NCBI GenBank assembly: GCA_051530055.1
Contig: CM121341.1
Coordinates: 9,712,784 to 9,776,783, forward strand
Direction of reading: 5' to 3'
Length of the DNA: 64,000 bases
Origin: Neoechinorhynchus agilis
Taxonomy: Eukaryota > Animalia > Acanthocephala
Below are positions 12,728 to 25,152 of this stretch, piece by piece; within the stretch, counting starts at the first letter, position 1, and each line of letters starts with the position of its first letter. The notes under the pieces are model-generated. The model saw only the letters and a list, made by a program, of their open reading frames with translations. It had not been told where the DNA came from and ran no database searches. The position numbers and the translations under genes were made by a program.

Positions 12728-13619
12728 GCAACACATAGGAATGCTATTCTTGAGAAATATCTTCGATGGACTAGAAAATGCAAGTATCGAGGTGCGGGGG
12801 GAAAGGTGCGTTGTCGCGGCTAAACAAATTCAAGATTTGGTCCTGTAACGAATATTTTTAGAATTCGGGCACTTTTCCGAGACGTGGTTATCTTCGGCAC
12901 AGTGGCAAAATTTAGGAAAATGAACTCTGTGAAGACTGTGAAGATCTCGTGGTGGGTTTGGAATTTAGTAAGTCGTGAATGAGTGAGGGCCTTTTTTTGT
13001 TGTTAGGTAGAACCTCATTGTTCCAGAGATGAAATGATTGATTCTTTTTTAGACCGTCATTTTTGTAATGATTGTTTAGGTAAAACCGGTGGCCATTTTT
13101 CAGTGGGATAGGAGAAATATGCTTTCCGGTTTAAGTTTTTGAAATGTCGACTAGGCACGAGGTTATTCGAATTAAACATCCTTTTCCAGGAGATGATAGT
13201 TTGTATCCGAGCTCAGGAGCGAGAGAACAATTTCTGCTCCTAGGTTAAGTGCACTTTTACAAAACATTGGCAGGCGGTTTGACACTTTCCGTTTCAACGT
13301 TAGGTTGCAATTCCGTTTTTTACTTTTTTAAAGTAAAATTGTTTTTAAAATTTCTGGCCACGACCCAAAGCGGTCCATGTGATTAGGATAAAAAGCGTTA
13401 TTTGTTAATTTTGGATTGTGCTGCGATTTATGAACTGAGCTAAGCGAACGAAGCGGCTTAAAAATCGATTGTTAGTTTCTATTCTAGGAAACCTGCAACT
13501 ATCCATCGGTTCAATGTTGAACTTTTAAACAGTTCATATGCAACCGCCTAGAAAACGAATAAAATCACCGTTAATTTAAAAACACTTCGAGCAAGAGGAC
13601 TAAATGGCAACTTCACAAA

Positions 13620-13915
13620 TTAATTTTTTCGACATAAATGACGACAATTTTTTAAACGGGCGCCAAATCATTACACAGAGCTTGAATTCTTCAATTTTTT
13701 TGTACCTTCTAAATCGCTGCCCACTTTCTCTCGATGCACTCTGGTTCCCCACTTCGTTCTTTTTGTTCTACGATGAATCGAGCGATTTTGGAGCGAATAA
13801 TAGATCAATCGTAACAAGGTCGGGCGCTTCAATGTGAGTAATATTTCTCGATATTATTGGAAACGTCGATATTCCAATTTTCGTTTAAAAATGTACATTT
13901 ATTTCTGCAATTGAG
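13620..13915 (-). repeat. ~290-bp dispersed repeat, copy in - orientation
   Basis: Reverse complement matches 41146-41530 (AAACGAAAATTGGAATATCGACGTTTCC; AGCGATTTAGAAGGTACAAAAAA). Confidence 0.8.
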
Positions 13916-15049
13916 TCAAAAATGTTTATCCATGAAAAGTAAAAATTGAGCTGCTTCCCTTTGTGGACGCTTTATCCTACTTTAAAAACGCGATTTTTAC
14001 GATGTTTCATTAAGCGCAATCATTAACTTTCCAGTTAGTTTAAATGCCATATCACTCGCTAATTTTTCCATAAAATCTTGATCGATATCTTTCTTAGTTA
14101 CAGAGGATAACAAATCTATGATTCTGGGCCAGTGTCCCAACTTCGACGTTTCGATTTTCCAATTCCTTTTCTGTCACCAGGAGACTGATAATACGACAGG
14201 TCTTTGTCCAATCATTAATGGATTTAAATTTCCACTTCAAGACAAAGAGCCATGCCCTTCCAACAGCTAATTTTATTCTTGATTTGCACGGTTTAAGATA
14301 GGGACAAAAAGAAATTAACAAATTTAAATATGGCGATGAAGATCAAAAACAAACTAGGTTGTCATACATCAGCAGTAGCACGAGGGGCTTGATTTCTTCT
14401 AGTGGTAGGACCTCTACGGCCATGACCACGGCCGTACTTGACCTGGATTTCAACGTGAACATCTAATACCCTTGACGATTCTACCAACGGGAGAATACGG
14501 AGAAGGCTACGTCGGCAAGTGGTTCGGCACCACGTGACGAACGCAAAGCGTTTATTGCGTCCACTCGCATGCGACGCGAGGCATTTTCAGAAAGGCTGAG
14601 ATTTGACCTATCTTCATTTGCAGACGTTTTGTATTCGTTAAAATCTTTTGTTGACGTCTACGCTCGTTGCCTCACCCATATCTAAACCAGTAGAATGTAT
14701 GCACGATACCCATCGCGTTCCCGCAGCAAACTCTGTGGAGCCTCGATTATTTTTGGTACTGTGTGATCGTCCAAGAGATGCGCTTCATTTGTTGGGCTCA
14801 GTTATGCATCTTCGGTATACTTGAATATATGGTATATTTGTTGCAATATAACTTCCTTTGTTCCATTTTAACTTGACAGGGCCACCTTCGAGAACAGGAA
14901 TCACCGGGTTTTCTTCGATGCTCAAAAATGGTGTAGTTCCAATAATCAGTTTTCTGTTCACATAAGATTATTCATTTTGACTCGGGACCCGGGATCGTCA
15001 ACCCCGTAGACGAAGACCAGCTTCCCTGAGTGTGTTTAGGTCAACAACA

Positions 15050-15260
15050 GGAAGTTGGAAGGAAACTTTTGCTTTGTCCCCTTCCATTTTGTTGGACATC
15101 TCGATATATATCGACTCTTATCAGTCGTTGGAATTTTCTCTTTTCCGTGCACAGGACGTCGGTCTTGTCAAATCCGATTGAGTGTGTGGTTAAGTGAGCG
15201 TGATTAAGAATGGCAGACGTAGTGTCGCCACTTTTTTTTATATTACGGCGTGTACAAAAT
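15050..15260 (-). mobile_element. Penelope-like element 3' fragment (post-GIY-YIG region)
   Basis: SAILNHAHLTTHSIGFDKTDVL..E..FQRLI resembles the PLE C-terminal SAI.EH..H.IDFD..IL..E motif. Confidence 0.6.
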
Positions 15261-15444
15261 ATTTCTCGATATATCCTAATTTTTATCCGAATTTCGGTTG
15301 CAAATGTTTTAGGTAGTTGTTTTTGTTCTTCCCTCTCTCCATCAGCTTTATGATCGATCTCAAGATCCAGCCACATGTTAGAGAGTAAAGAACTAAAACC
15401 TTTTCATATAAGGACTCCATTTTTGTCGATTGATTTGGAATGTG

Positions 15445-16821
15445 TCAGGTTTTTAATAATAAGCTTTTTCTATCCTTCTTCATGTCTTTCATCCATTCTT
15501 TTAACCAATTTGTTTCTTCAATCTTTAGACGTGACATTCCGTGTGTGTATTCAAAGTAGTAATTTGCTTGCTCTATTTGTATTCGTGCTTTTTTCTTGGC
15601 CATTGAGTACTTCCATATGTTTTGTACAAAAATACGTTTGAGGAATGAGTTTATTTCCATGGCTGCCTTCTCATTCACTAATCGGCAGAATGCAGTTATC
15701 CGTTTAATCAAGTTGGTTGCAAAGTGAAGTCCCATATCCGGTGGCCTTCCTCTGCCGAAAAAACAGAAAGATGATGCAGCCATAGTTTTCAAAATTTGAA
15801 TTGGAAAACATTTCTCGATCCCGAGATGCTCCATTCTTTTACAGACCATCTTTATCTTTTTGTATGTAGATCCAAGTGCTGAGTTTATAATCGTACATTT
15901 GTTTGAAGCGGGAAAGTTTATCCCCAGAATTCGAGTCCTTGTCATGATTTTTAACCCTTCCAAATTTTTGTCCTCACGCATCGTTTTTAGAAGTTTTGGT
16001 CTCGCAGCGCTTGAGTCCGTTATTGGGATGAGGTTTGTCTTTACTCTGTTGATCGCTAGATTCGCCATTTTCATTGCTTCATTAATTTTACAAATTCCGT
16101 ACTCAATCATTCTACGTACACGCTCTTTGATTTTATGATGAATAGAAATAAAGATATCGTCTGCGTATACCAAACAATTGAAACCTTTCAGCTCCCTTTT
16201 GAGATCTTTCATGATTTTTATCATCCCAATCAGAAACAGAGTTGGTGATAGGGGAGATACCTGGGGTACTCCATATTTAGTGTAAAAAATTTCAGATCTG
16301 GGATCCACCTCTACAAAATGAAATTTAGATTCCACAAGGAATTTTATTTGTTCCAATAACTTTCTCGGAAGCTTCAAGTTGCGGCATGCTTCATATATAA
16401 AACCTCTATCTATAGTATCAAATGCTCTGCTAATATCTAATTGAACTACTGCTTTGTGAACCTTTGAGTGAGTACTGTTCAATCTATGAAGTTCTGTCAA
16501 TAAAGTGTTCACGCTTTTGCCCTTTATAAAACCATGAAAGACATTTGGGATCTTTTTTCTTTTCGATAATAAATCCATAAGGGTATTATTCAAGCACCTT
16601 TCCATAATAGAAATAACTGGGTTTTGAATTGCAATAAAACGCACCTCCGTTGGAGGCATTATTCTGTTCTCATTTTTTGGAATTATCACCTTCACTATGT
16701 TAAATTTCAATAGTTCAAAAAAGGACAGGTCCTTATCCACTTTGGTCCAAAATAAAACTTTATTTCTTTCATCTAGCATATCCATTACCTTGGGAGAGAC
16801 ATCTTTTCCGTTCATGGCCAA
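15445..16821 (-). CDS. Non-LTR reverse transcriptase (458-aa open frame)
   Basis: RFIAIQN, FHGFIKGKS, QLDISRAFDTI, GVPQVSPLSPTLF, VYADD, NLAINRVKT. Confidence 0.9.
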   Translation of the reverse strand: MAMNGKDVSPKVMDMLDERNKVLFWTKVDKDLSFFELLKFNIVKVIIPKNENRIMPPTEVRFIAIQNPVISIMERCLNNTLMDLLSKRKKIPNVFHGFIKGKSVNTLLTELHRLNSTHSKVHKAVVQLDISRAFDTIDRGFIYEACRNLKLPRKLLEQIKFLVESKFHFVEVDPRSEIFYTKYGVPQVSPLSPTLFLIGMIKIMKDLKRELKGFNCLVYADDIFISIHHKIKERVRRMIEYGICKINEAMKMANLAINRVKTNLIPITDSSAARPKLLKTMREDKNLEGLKIMTRTRILGINFPASNKCTIINSALGSTYKKIKMVCKRMEHLGIEKCFPIQILKTMAASSFCFFGRGRPPDMGLHFATNLIKRITAFCRLVNEKAAMEINSFLKRIFVQNIWKYSMAKKKARIQIEQANYYFEYTHGMSRLKIEETNWLKEWMKDMKKDRKSLLLKT

Positions 16822-18234
16822 GGAGGAGTTGCCCTTCCAACTTTTAAGTACCTGTTCTATATTTATATTCCCGAAGGAACATTTTTCCTTCTCAGGTCAT
16901 ATGTATGGGTTTTTGGCCCCAAAGATATGGTGGAATAAAATCCTTTCTATTACATTAGTGTATGAAATTTCCCCTATCCAAGAGGCTGCTTTCATTTTCC
17001 AGTCAGTTCTCTTTTTCTCTAAAATTATGTCCCAGAATTTTTCTTCAGAATGCTTGAAATTGATAGATTTAATCTATCGTATTCTATATTCTCCCAATAT
17101 AAATTTTTATAAAATTTCCCCATCCAGTACTGAGAACCCAGAGAATCTCCTTTGGCTTCGCAAATTCGTGCGATGCGGTAGTTCGCTGCATTTGGTCCAA
17201 AAGCACGATTACTCCTAACTGGCCTAACAGTAATTTGTAATTTTTTTGCAGCAATCGATATCATGCTGTTAAATGTCCCCATAGAAACCATACCTTTATC
17301 ATTTATCAGAGATGATAGGGTTTCATTAAAAAGCTTAATGGCCTCAGGACTATAAAAATCGACTTTTGTTCTCAGTCCATAGGAACCTAGAATGTATATT
17401 AGCATGTCATGGCCCATTTTTTTGTTATCAAAAAATTGTCCGGTAACATTTGCCACCAAGTTTAATTCCTTCCTGGAGAACATAAGGTCTAAATAAGAGT
17501 GGGAGTTTTTCGAGTGGAAGGTGGGTGAGCTCGACATATGAACGTTATAGTTCGAAGACTAGTGATTCAGTGCCACTGCTCCATTTGAGTTAAAGTCCCC
17601 CAGTATCAAGTCCGGTTTCCATTCTAGCAACCATTTCTCTACGTTTTTTTGAAGAAAGATATTTTTTGGGCGATATATAAGTTGCCTAGAATGAGTCTCG
17701 CCTGGTTAAAGCCTTCTTCCTTTAAAAAATTACTTATAGAAATTATTTGTATTGCATAGTTTACGGTTTTGGATTGCACTAATAATTTTGGACAGAGGGA
17801 CTTATGAACTGTTGTTTGTAATCCTCCCGAAACCCCATTTTATTATTAGGGGCATTACCATTATTTATAGGGGCTAATACTACAGTAATGTAATCCAAGT
17901 TTTCAATCAGGGGTTGTTCTCCTGTCTCCTGCATACAAAAAATTTTCGTAGAGTCCCAATTTATCGCCTGTTTCAAGAAATTAGATAATGTTGAAATTTT
18001 CGAAACATTATGTTATAATATTAAAATTATGACTTAGGTAATTTATGGGCCTTATCATATTTTGTTTGATCATGAGGTTTTCCCCCTCTTACCTTTCGTG
18101 ATTCCATTTCTATTTGATATTATGTACCCTCCTCTGCTCTTTTTGTAATTTGCTTTTCTGGTTGCGCCACCTTTCCACTGTTACCAGATGTAATTACTAT
18201 TTCCTCTATGTCTGAACTTGATTCTAATGAAACT

Positions 18235-19638
18235 TCACTGCCTTCTCGCTTTCTTAGTTCCGCCTTTAAACTCCCGTTTTCCTTCTGCAGTTCGTCTATT
18301 TTTTTTATCTTTTTTGTCTATTTCACCCATTAATACTACCATTTTTTCGTTCAATTCTTTTATCTTACTTGCTAGGGACTGCACCTCTCTCTCTAAATAC
18401 CTATCTTCATTGATTTCGGGCCAGGAAGTCTGATTGTGCTTAAATCCTACCCAGTCATTCCCTGAAGATGTATCCTTGTTGACACTTTTCCAATATCTTA
18501 TAGCGACAGGACATACTCTCCTGAAACCTTGATGCCCTCCTCCGCACTTGGGGCAACACAGTCTATTATTGCTACTACATTGTTCCTTACCATGGTTTTC
18601 TGAGCAAAACATACATTTGATTTCGTTATTGCACTCCCAGGTTCTGTGCCCCCATTGACAACACTTTTCGCATTGGGTTAGAATGAAATCATGTATTGAT
18701 GTTTTATTTTGACTTGGAAATTCTATCCAGTAAGCCAAAAACGGAAAATTGCGCCCTTTAATTTTATTAATTGTGTCTTGTGTTCTCGCAACTAAAATCG
18801 CATATGAATCCATTGTTGGATTTTTTCTTAAATATTTAATTGGGTCAACGCCAAACACCTTTTTTATCTCCTGGAACTTTTCCTTACTAAGGTCTGGGGG
18901 TGGATTAAGCATAAGAAGAGTAGACCTCCGAGATATATCGTCAAATGTAATTTTCTTTTCCTCAAAAATTCCTTTAAAACTTTTTAAGCCCTCCATTCCG
19001 AAGAAAAAAATCAAAACTACCCATTTGGTGTTCACCACATTTTTAATTTGGGATACCTGCTGTTTCTTAAGCTTACTAGGTTCTAAGAACTTTTTATAAG
19101 ATTCCTTTATTAGACAGTTTATCGTTAAAGTTCCCAAGTTTTCTCTTTCTACTCTTATTCCAAAGTTCTCTTTTAGTCTAGGCAATCTCTGGAATGCTGT
19201 TCCCATCCTCAAGTTACCCAAATCATGGTCGGGGGCAGAAAACCCATTATTACTGAGACCCACTGTTTCATATTCACCCCTTTGCCGACTGTAGACTTGG
19301 TGGGGGTTTGCAAAAACGTTATCCGTCATAACCACCCCTTCTTTATTTTCTGAGCAGTTTTCCTTCAGATTCCTTCTTTGGTGGGGGGCCAGAAAAACAT
19401 TATCATCAATAACCACTTTTTTTTGCGGGTAACTTGGATATCGCACGCACTCATAACTAACCTCAGCAGGATCTTCACCCACTTCCATTCCTCTTTCTAT
19501 AAAAGGTTCCTTCGCATTATCATAATCAACCTCCATCTGACCCGCTCCTCGGTCATCCAGAGGATCGGGGTTCCATAAATCTCGATTATTCGAACTTTGT
19601 GTCAGAGCGCAGTTTTTTAACAAAAAATTGCGCGACAT
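18235..19638 (-). CDS. LINE ORF1 gag-like protein with three CCHC knuckles
   Basis: CEKCCQWGHRTWEC, CMFCSENHGKEQC, CPKCGGGHQGFRRVC. Confidence 0.88.
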   Translation of the reverse strand: MSRNFLLKNCALTQSSNNRDLWNPDPLDDRGAGQMEVDYDNAKEPFIERGMEVGEDPAEVSYECVRYPSYPQKKVVIDDNVFLAPHQRRNLKENCSENKEGVVMTDNVFANPHQVYSRQRGEYETVGLSNNGFSAPDHDLGNLRMGTAFQRLPRLKENFGIRVERENLGTLTINCLIKESYKKFLEPSKLKKQQVSQIKNVVNTKWVVLIFFFGMEGLKSFKGIFEEKKITFDDISRRSTLLMLNPPPDLSKEKFQEIKKVFGVDPIKYLRKNPTMDSYAILVARTQDTINKIKGRNFPFLAYWIEFPSQNKTSIHDFILTQCEKCCQWGHRTWECNNEIKCMFCSENHGKEQCSSNNRLCCPKCGGGHQGFRRVCPVAIRYWKSVNKDTSSGNDWVGFKHNQTSWPEINEDRYLEREVQSLASKIKELNEKMVVLMGEIDKKDKKNRRTAEGKREFKGGTKKARRQ

Positions 19639-19639
19639 G

Positions 19640-20400
19640 TCGATCGTGACATCGTAATGCGTATTTGTGTTCGCTTAGACGTGTAGTTAAACACCGCATT
19701 GTTTCACCTACGTAGGTCATTTCTCTATAGTTGCAAGGAATGCGGTAGACTAGATTCGCAACCGTTTTTTTTCGGGTTTTTTGAAGATGAACGCGATAGT
19801 CGGGGATCTCTTGTGATAGAGTAGAACTGGGCACTTTGAATTTCCTAGGGCCCTGCGAATCAGATTCGAACAAAAAATCGTCTACAAATTCGGTCCTGAT
19901 GATTGTCGATTTGGTCTTGAATATCTCTCTTTCTTAAGTGCCTGTCGGATCGCCCAATATGGGTAATCCCTTTTTTCCAGAATCTTCCAGATATTGTCGA
20001 TTTCACGTTCGCCGCCCCTGCGAATGTTGATGGTTTTGATGGCCCTCCCTAATAAAGATTGTGCTGTTCTGATTTTAAAAGCTCCGCCCCATCCATGATC
20101 ACTACTGTTTTACCTTTGTCTGATTTGGTGATGTCGATGGAGTCATCATGTCTAAGATCGTTGATTATTTTCTGTTGTGCTGGCGTGATTGACGATCTAA
20201 CGTTTTTGCATGCCTCCTAATGATAGCATCCTGAGAGTTCAGCTCTTAGCTATGGGAAGCGTTTAATTATACACATCCGATGTTGATCTCGTCGATTTTT
20301 GTTAAAGGGAAAACAGAGATCCGAGAGATAGAACTTCCCGTTCGGCATCAGTAAGCGGTCTTTTGGATCCAGTTTTATTTTACCCTCCCGTACCTACGGC
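19640..20400 (-). mobile_element. Internally deleted Penelope-like element (RT N-terminal, thumb and GIY-YIG remnants)
   Basis: Minus-strand SIDITKSDKGKTVVIMD (~20090-20150), EIDNIWKILEKRDYP (NGYP-like), NLVYRIPC..TYVGET.R.L.TRLSEH. Confidence 0.8.
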
Positions 20401-20521
20401 TATCCCGTCCTTTGCAACTTTTGCTAATCACACACCCGTCGCCTTGAAACGTTTCATAGATCTTCTAAAATTTGAATAGTTGATTTTCCCCCGCACGCCA
20501 AATGCTATTATAAGATTTTAA

Positions 20522-20903
20522 TCAAACAATCAAAAGCCTCTCAACTCTACCACCACAATTTAAGCACAACACTCGTAATCCTAATTCTTTTCATCCTCTA
20601 TCGACCTTGCACCTTCCTCTACCTCCGCTCGTTTTTCCACACTGTCCAATCTTCTCGGATATCGAAATCCAAAATTAACCTGAGGATGGGCCCAACCTCA
20701 CGATCTCTCCTGCAAAGATAACCAACAATCCTCACAAGAAAGGACATCCCTTACATTATATTGCCTCCCGACCGAACCCATAATCCACTCCAAAAACAGC
20801 AACCGCATTAAATGAACAAATCTGAACTCAAATGTTTTTCCGAGGACCCAAAGGTACATGAGTCCTATTCTTTGTTAATTAACAAATAAACGTGTTATTA
20901 TTA
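20522..20903 (+). mobile_element. CR1/L2-like LINE 3'-end copy (3' UTR, stem-loop, (TTA)n tail)
   Basis: CACAACACTCGTAATCCTAATTC shared with 21825, 61727 and minus copy ~25460; ends AATAAACGTGTTATTATTA. Confidence 0.8.
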
Positions 20904-21089
20904 CCGGAGTCTACGTGATTGAATCACTTTCCTGATTCAAGATATCAGTTGGATGTGTGCCTAAAGGAAAAAGTCGAATGAGAGATGCTCTAACATTTAA
21001 ATAATATACCGACTTACCAGTAGACATAAAAAGGTAACATTTATTTTGTTTATGGATGTTTCTTTAGCTTTATCACTTCTTTAGTTAAC

Positions 21090-22220
21090 TATTATCTCTC
21101 ATTACTGTATAACAAATCATTTTAACATTTAATTTCCGCTGCGTCTAAGTTTCCTAAACAATTTAAACCTCTCTCCTCTCACTTTAAACTCTTCTTATAC
21201 GCCGACGATATAACCCTCATCACCAATTCACCACCCCACCTCTCCCTCTCCTTAACCTCTAACGAAACCACACACAAAAAATTTCTGCACCAATCACAAT
21301 CCCCACCTGAATTTCTCTAAATGCTTCGAAATTATCTCCTCTCTCTCCCGCAACACCACATCATCCCCTGAGCTTTTAAATGACATCCTACGAGTAACCT
21401 CCCTAAGAATTCTTCGTCTTAAACGCCTCCGACATTTTGGAATCCTATCGAGAAAATCCATCGGGATGTTAACTTTTGACTTGTGGTGAAGATACTCACG
21501 GTTAAAAGTCACTTTATTCTTCTGAAATACTACGCGGGCTTCACCACAAGTCAAAATTTAGGAATCCCTTCACCCGATTTATCCAAACTTTATTTCTGCT
21601 GTATTTTAGCCTCCCTCACCTACGGTTATCCGGTCTTTTGCAACCCATCCAAATCTCAAATCCGTCCTCTTGAAATGTTTTATAAAAGCGTTACTAAAAT
21701 TTGCACAACTGACTTTCCTCCTCTCACCAAATGCCTTGATGCTATTTCATAAAACAATCAAAGCGTCTCTCAACCCCACCACCACAATTTCTTCCACATG
21801 TCGTCCCCTTTTCACACAAGCACAACACTCGTAATCCTAATTCGTTTCACCCTCCATCGACCTCGCACTTTTCTATACCTACACTCCTTTTTTCATGCTG
21901 CCCAATCTTCTCGGATTTCATAACTTGAAATGAATCAGAGGAAAGACCAACCCTACAAGCGCTCCTGTAAATAATAATCACTAATTCCCACCAGAACGGA
22001 CCCTCCGACCCAACCGGATATTCTCAAACGAACGGACACATTCTCACCCGAACGGACATCCCCCGACTGGATAGTCCCACCCGAACGGATATCCCTCGAA
22101 TGGATATACCCATCCCAACTGATACGTTTTTTTGAACAACTATGAACTCACGTGCTTATGAGAACCCAAAGTTACATGGGTCCTATTCTGTATTTTTTAC
22201 CAATAAACGTGCTATTAATA
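21090..22220 (+). mobile_element. 5'-truncated CR1/L2-like LINE (RT C-terminus + 3' UTR)
   Basis: KLFLYADDITLI at ~21190; ORF 21483-21752 (LYF..ILASLTYG.PVF); same 3' end. Confidence 0.85.
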
Positions 22221-23176
22221 TTTATCAGGAATGATATGTGCAATTTAGAAGACTGGACAAAATTGATTGAATCTCCTGCTGCTTTAAATTTAAGAAGTCC
22301 ATAAAGAGTCGCTAATGTTATCAATGAAAATATACCACAAGGACTAGAAAAACACCTACTCTGTAAAGAATAAAATGATTAAACAATCCTTGCAATTTAA
22401 TCAACAATGAATGTTTGTATTCCTTTACTATCATTGACATAAACGAACAAAAATACAAAAACGTCTAGGAGAAATTATAAAACTGAGGTAAACTAATCGA
22501 GACACAAATTTAACGGACCAGTGTAGATAAATTGGAAAAACCAATTAGGTTAGCATTAAATAGAATAATTCATTGGATTATTTTTTATCATTAATTGCCA
22601 TATATGGAAAACTATGACAAAAATAAAAATGTTAACTCCTTAATGGGCGAAATAGTCCGCAATCCATCTCGGGTTCAATAATACTCAGGAAAATGTTTAT
22701 TATTTGATTTTTGATTATTGCACGAACTAGTAAACCCACTTGACTTTGAATCTTCATTTTAAATCATCTGAAAATAATCATTCCTCGTCTAATATTTATG
22801 ACCAATCAGATGTTCTTAATTTACTTTTCAATGGCCTGTTTCCCAATCGATTTCCGTTCGTAATTGCTGACAGGTAATCGTTATCTTGGACCTGGAACTT
22901 ATGAAACGAGTATCCTTGCTACCGGCGTCCTGTGAACATAATGAGATAATTACACCTTAGCCCAACCCATTAGAACCAAAAGGAATGAGAAGCAGCTGAG
23001 CTAATTAAATGCAATATAATAAGCCAATCAGATTCCATTCTACCCTTCCTTTACATTAAAAGGAGCATAAACACTGTGAACGCTCTCCTAGAAATCATCC
23101 TTAACCAAAAACAATCATTCTGAGTAACTCTCACTGTAAGAAGCGCTTTCTCCTAAAAAACAGATTTCAGACAACA

Positions 23177-23788
23177 ATGAATGATTTAATTCCTCAAACG
23201 CGAGTCTGTAAAGTGAATTTACATACTGAACATCCAAAGCATCAACAAACAGTTCAAAAAGATTCTGCGTTTCGACCATACAAACAAAATTCTAAACAGT
23301 CACAAAATAGTCACATTATTGAGATCGGCACAAGAGACGATCAGAACAATTCGTCCAACGACGCCAATGCGATTTTGAAGCACTTTGCTTTCTTTGTGCT
23401 TATTTGCCTACTTTTTATCGTAACACAAAATGGAGTCCATGTTGGAAAAATTGTGAAAATATTCAGTACTTCAAATGAGAGAATCTCATTGGACAAAATT
23501 CTTAATTCAACAAATGAATTAAATTTGAAGGCAGAACTCGAAAATTATATTTGGAAAATTCACAGATTGAGATTTACAGTAGAATTTGCTTCTGCGCTTC
23601 TTACAATTTTGATTGTGATATCTTTGTGCTTCTGCATAAAGCTTTTTAACTTACTGAGGAATGTAATAAGACGAAGTTTCAATGCTGACAACATCCAGCA
23701 ATTAAATTTTATTGTAACTAACACTTTACTTATCATTATTCCCGCTAATGTTATCGCTCTGTCGTTTATAAGCGTTGTGTTTGATTAG
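23177..23788 (+). CDS. Orphan membrane protein (about 3 hydrophobic segments), intronless
   Basis: 203-aa ATG ORF in AT-rich DNA; hydrophobic stretches FAFFVLICLLFIV, FASALLTILIVISLCFCI, TLLIIIPANVIALSFISVV. Confidence 0.55.
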   Translation: MNDLIPQTRVCKVNLHTEHPKHQQTVQKDSAFRPYKQNSKQSQNSHIIEIGTRDDQNNSSNDANAILKHFAFFVLICLLFIVTQNGVHVGKIVKIFSTSNERISLDKILNSTNELNLKAELENYIWKIHRLRFTVEFASALLTILIVISLCFCIKLFNLLRNVIRRSFNADNIQQLNFIVTNTLLIIIPANVIALSFISVVFD

Positions 23789-23885
23789 AAACTTCAAAGC
23801 CAAAAATAAAAGCCAACATTACTTTTAAGAATGGGATTTTTGTGAATTTTTTGTTGTAAATTGAAATGATAATGTTGTTAGTCAA

Positions 23886-24015
23886 GTCACTTGTCGATAC
23901 CTGAGAGGGATTATTAAAAACGAATATATATAGACTGATTGAATTGATAATGATTGACTCAATCAGTCTAAATACATTTGTCTTTAATGATCAATCTCGG
24001 GTGTCGACATGCGAC
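23886..24015. repeat. Foldback element, copy 2
   Basis: TGTCGATACC..GACTGATTGA..TCAATCAGTC..GGTGTCGACA palindrome; same family as 11145-11283. Confidence 0.8.
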
Positions 24016-24385
24016 CGAAATAATATTATATCTAACCAACGAGAATGCAAATCCTCAATATGAAATGATAATCGACTAATAATAGACTAAATAGCGAGCG
24101 AAAGTTTTTGCACTCAAATTTTTCATTTTACTCTTATCAATAAATCACAACAAAATGTTGATATTTGAGGAAGTACGGGGGTATATAATTCGATTGCGGT
24201 AAATAATTTTTTTATTAAAAGCGTTATGAGAACTTCGTCGGGATCATCATCAGTTGCACCGGATTTGGGTATAACGGATCGACTCAACAGAGGTTGCACA
24301 TTAGTCATCTTTTTGATTCAACTGGAAATGATCTGAGTAAACATAGACGACAACTAGAGAATCGAATGATCATTTCTCCGCAGGA

Positions 24386-25150
24386 ATGGGGGAGGCATCT
24401 GAACAAGATATGAATACAATTCTCCACGATTTCATCTGGATGATTTGCAAGGAAGAAGAGTTCATAATACGTAAACGACATTGTGGGAAATTAGTTGCAC
24501 TAACAAAGAGACATTACTTTGATGCACGCATATCAAATGGCTTAGTGTTCAATTTCTCACGAATTGTCTTAACACCTTATATTACGGAGCCGCTCAATGA
24601 TGGGCCTGACTTCATTCCTTTTGGCAAACTCTACAACATCAGATTACACGTTGAAATTGAGAAGATTATGTCTAATACTAATTTTGTTGGAATCACAATT
24701 CCATTATGGAAAGCGGAGGCATCGCTACATAAAGGAAACAGAATTAAACGGACTAACTTGCCCCAACGACTGATCATAGCTATGAATAACCTTAATCGAT
24801 TTTAAGGAGATACGACTCATGAAGTTAGACCAAGTCAGAGGATTCTGTATAGTAGATGAAGAATACCACAGAATGGCTGTGGATATCCTACCAAGTCCAG
24901 AGTTCCGATCTAATGATGAATGTCCCACTACAAAACGAAAAAAGATGTTAAATCTATTCTTGCGCTGAAGAAACGTGGAAGGATTGATCCTGAAATATAC
25001 CAAAAACATCGTTCCAGTAACGGAATGACATCAATTATGTACTTATTGGCCAAAGTTCATAAGTCCCCATTAAAGGCTGGCCAATTATTGCATCGCATTC
25101 TGCATATAATACGAAAACAGCTCGAAGATTGGTTACCATGTTATATATAA
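24386..25150 (+). mobile_element. Penelope-like element N-terminal/RT fragment
   Basis: LVFNFSRIVLT..LNDGPDFIP (PLE N-terminal VVNLS..LT..GLNF.P-like) and MYLLAKVHKSP (Y.LPKIHK-like). Confidence 0.7.
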
Positions 25151-25152
25151 CA

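Larger units (their letters stand above)
15445..19638 (-). mobile_element. Near full-length APE-type LINE (I/Jockey-group-like): ORF1 with zinc knuckles + ORF2 APE-RT, ORF2 interrupted
   Basis: ORF1 18235-19638; APE pieces (FCMQET, GDFN, PTF..YLDL) 17500-18000; RT 15445-16821. Confidence 0.85.
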
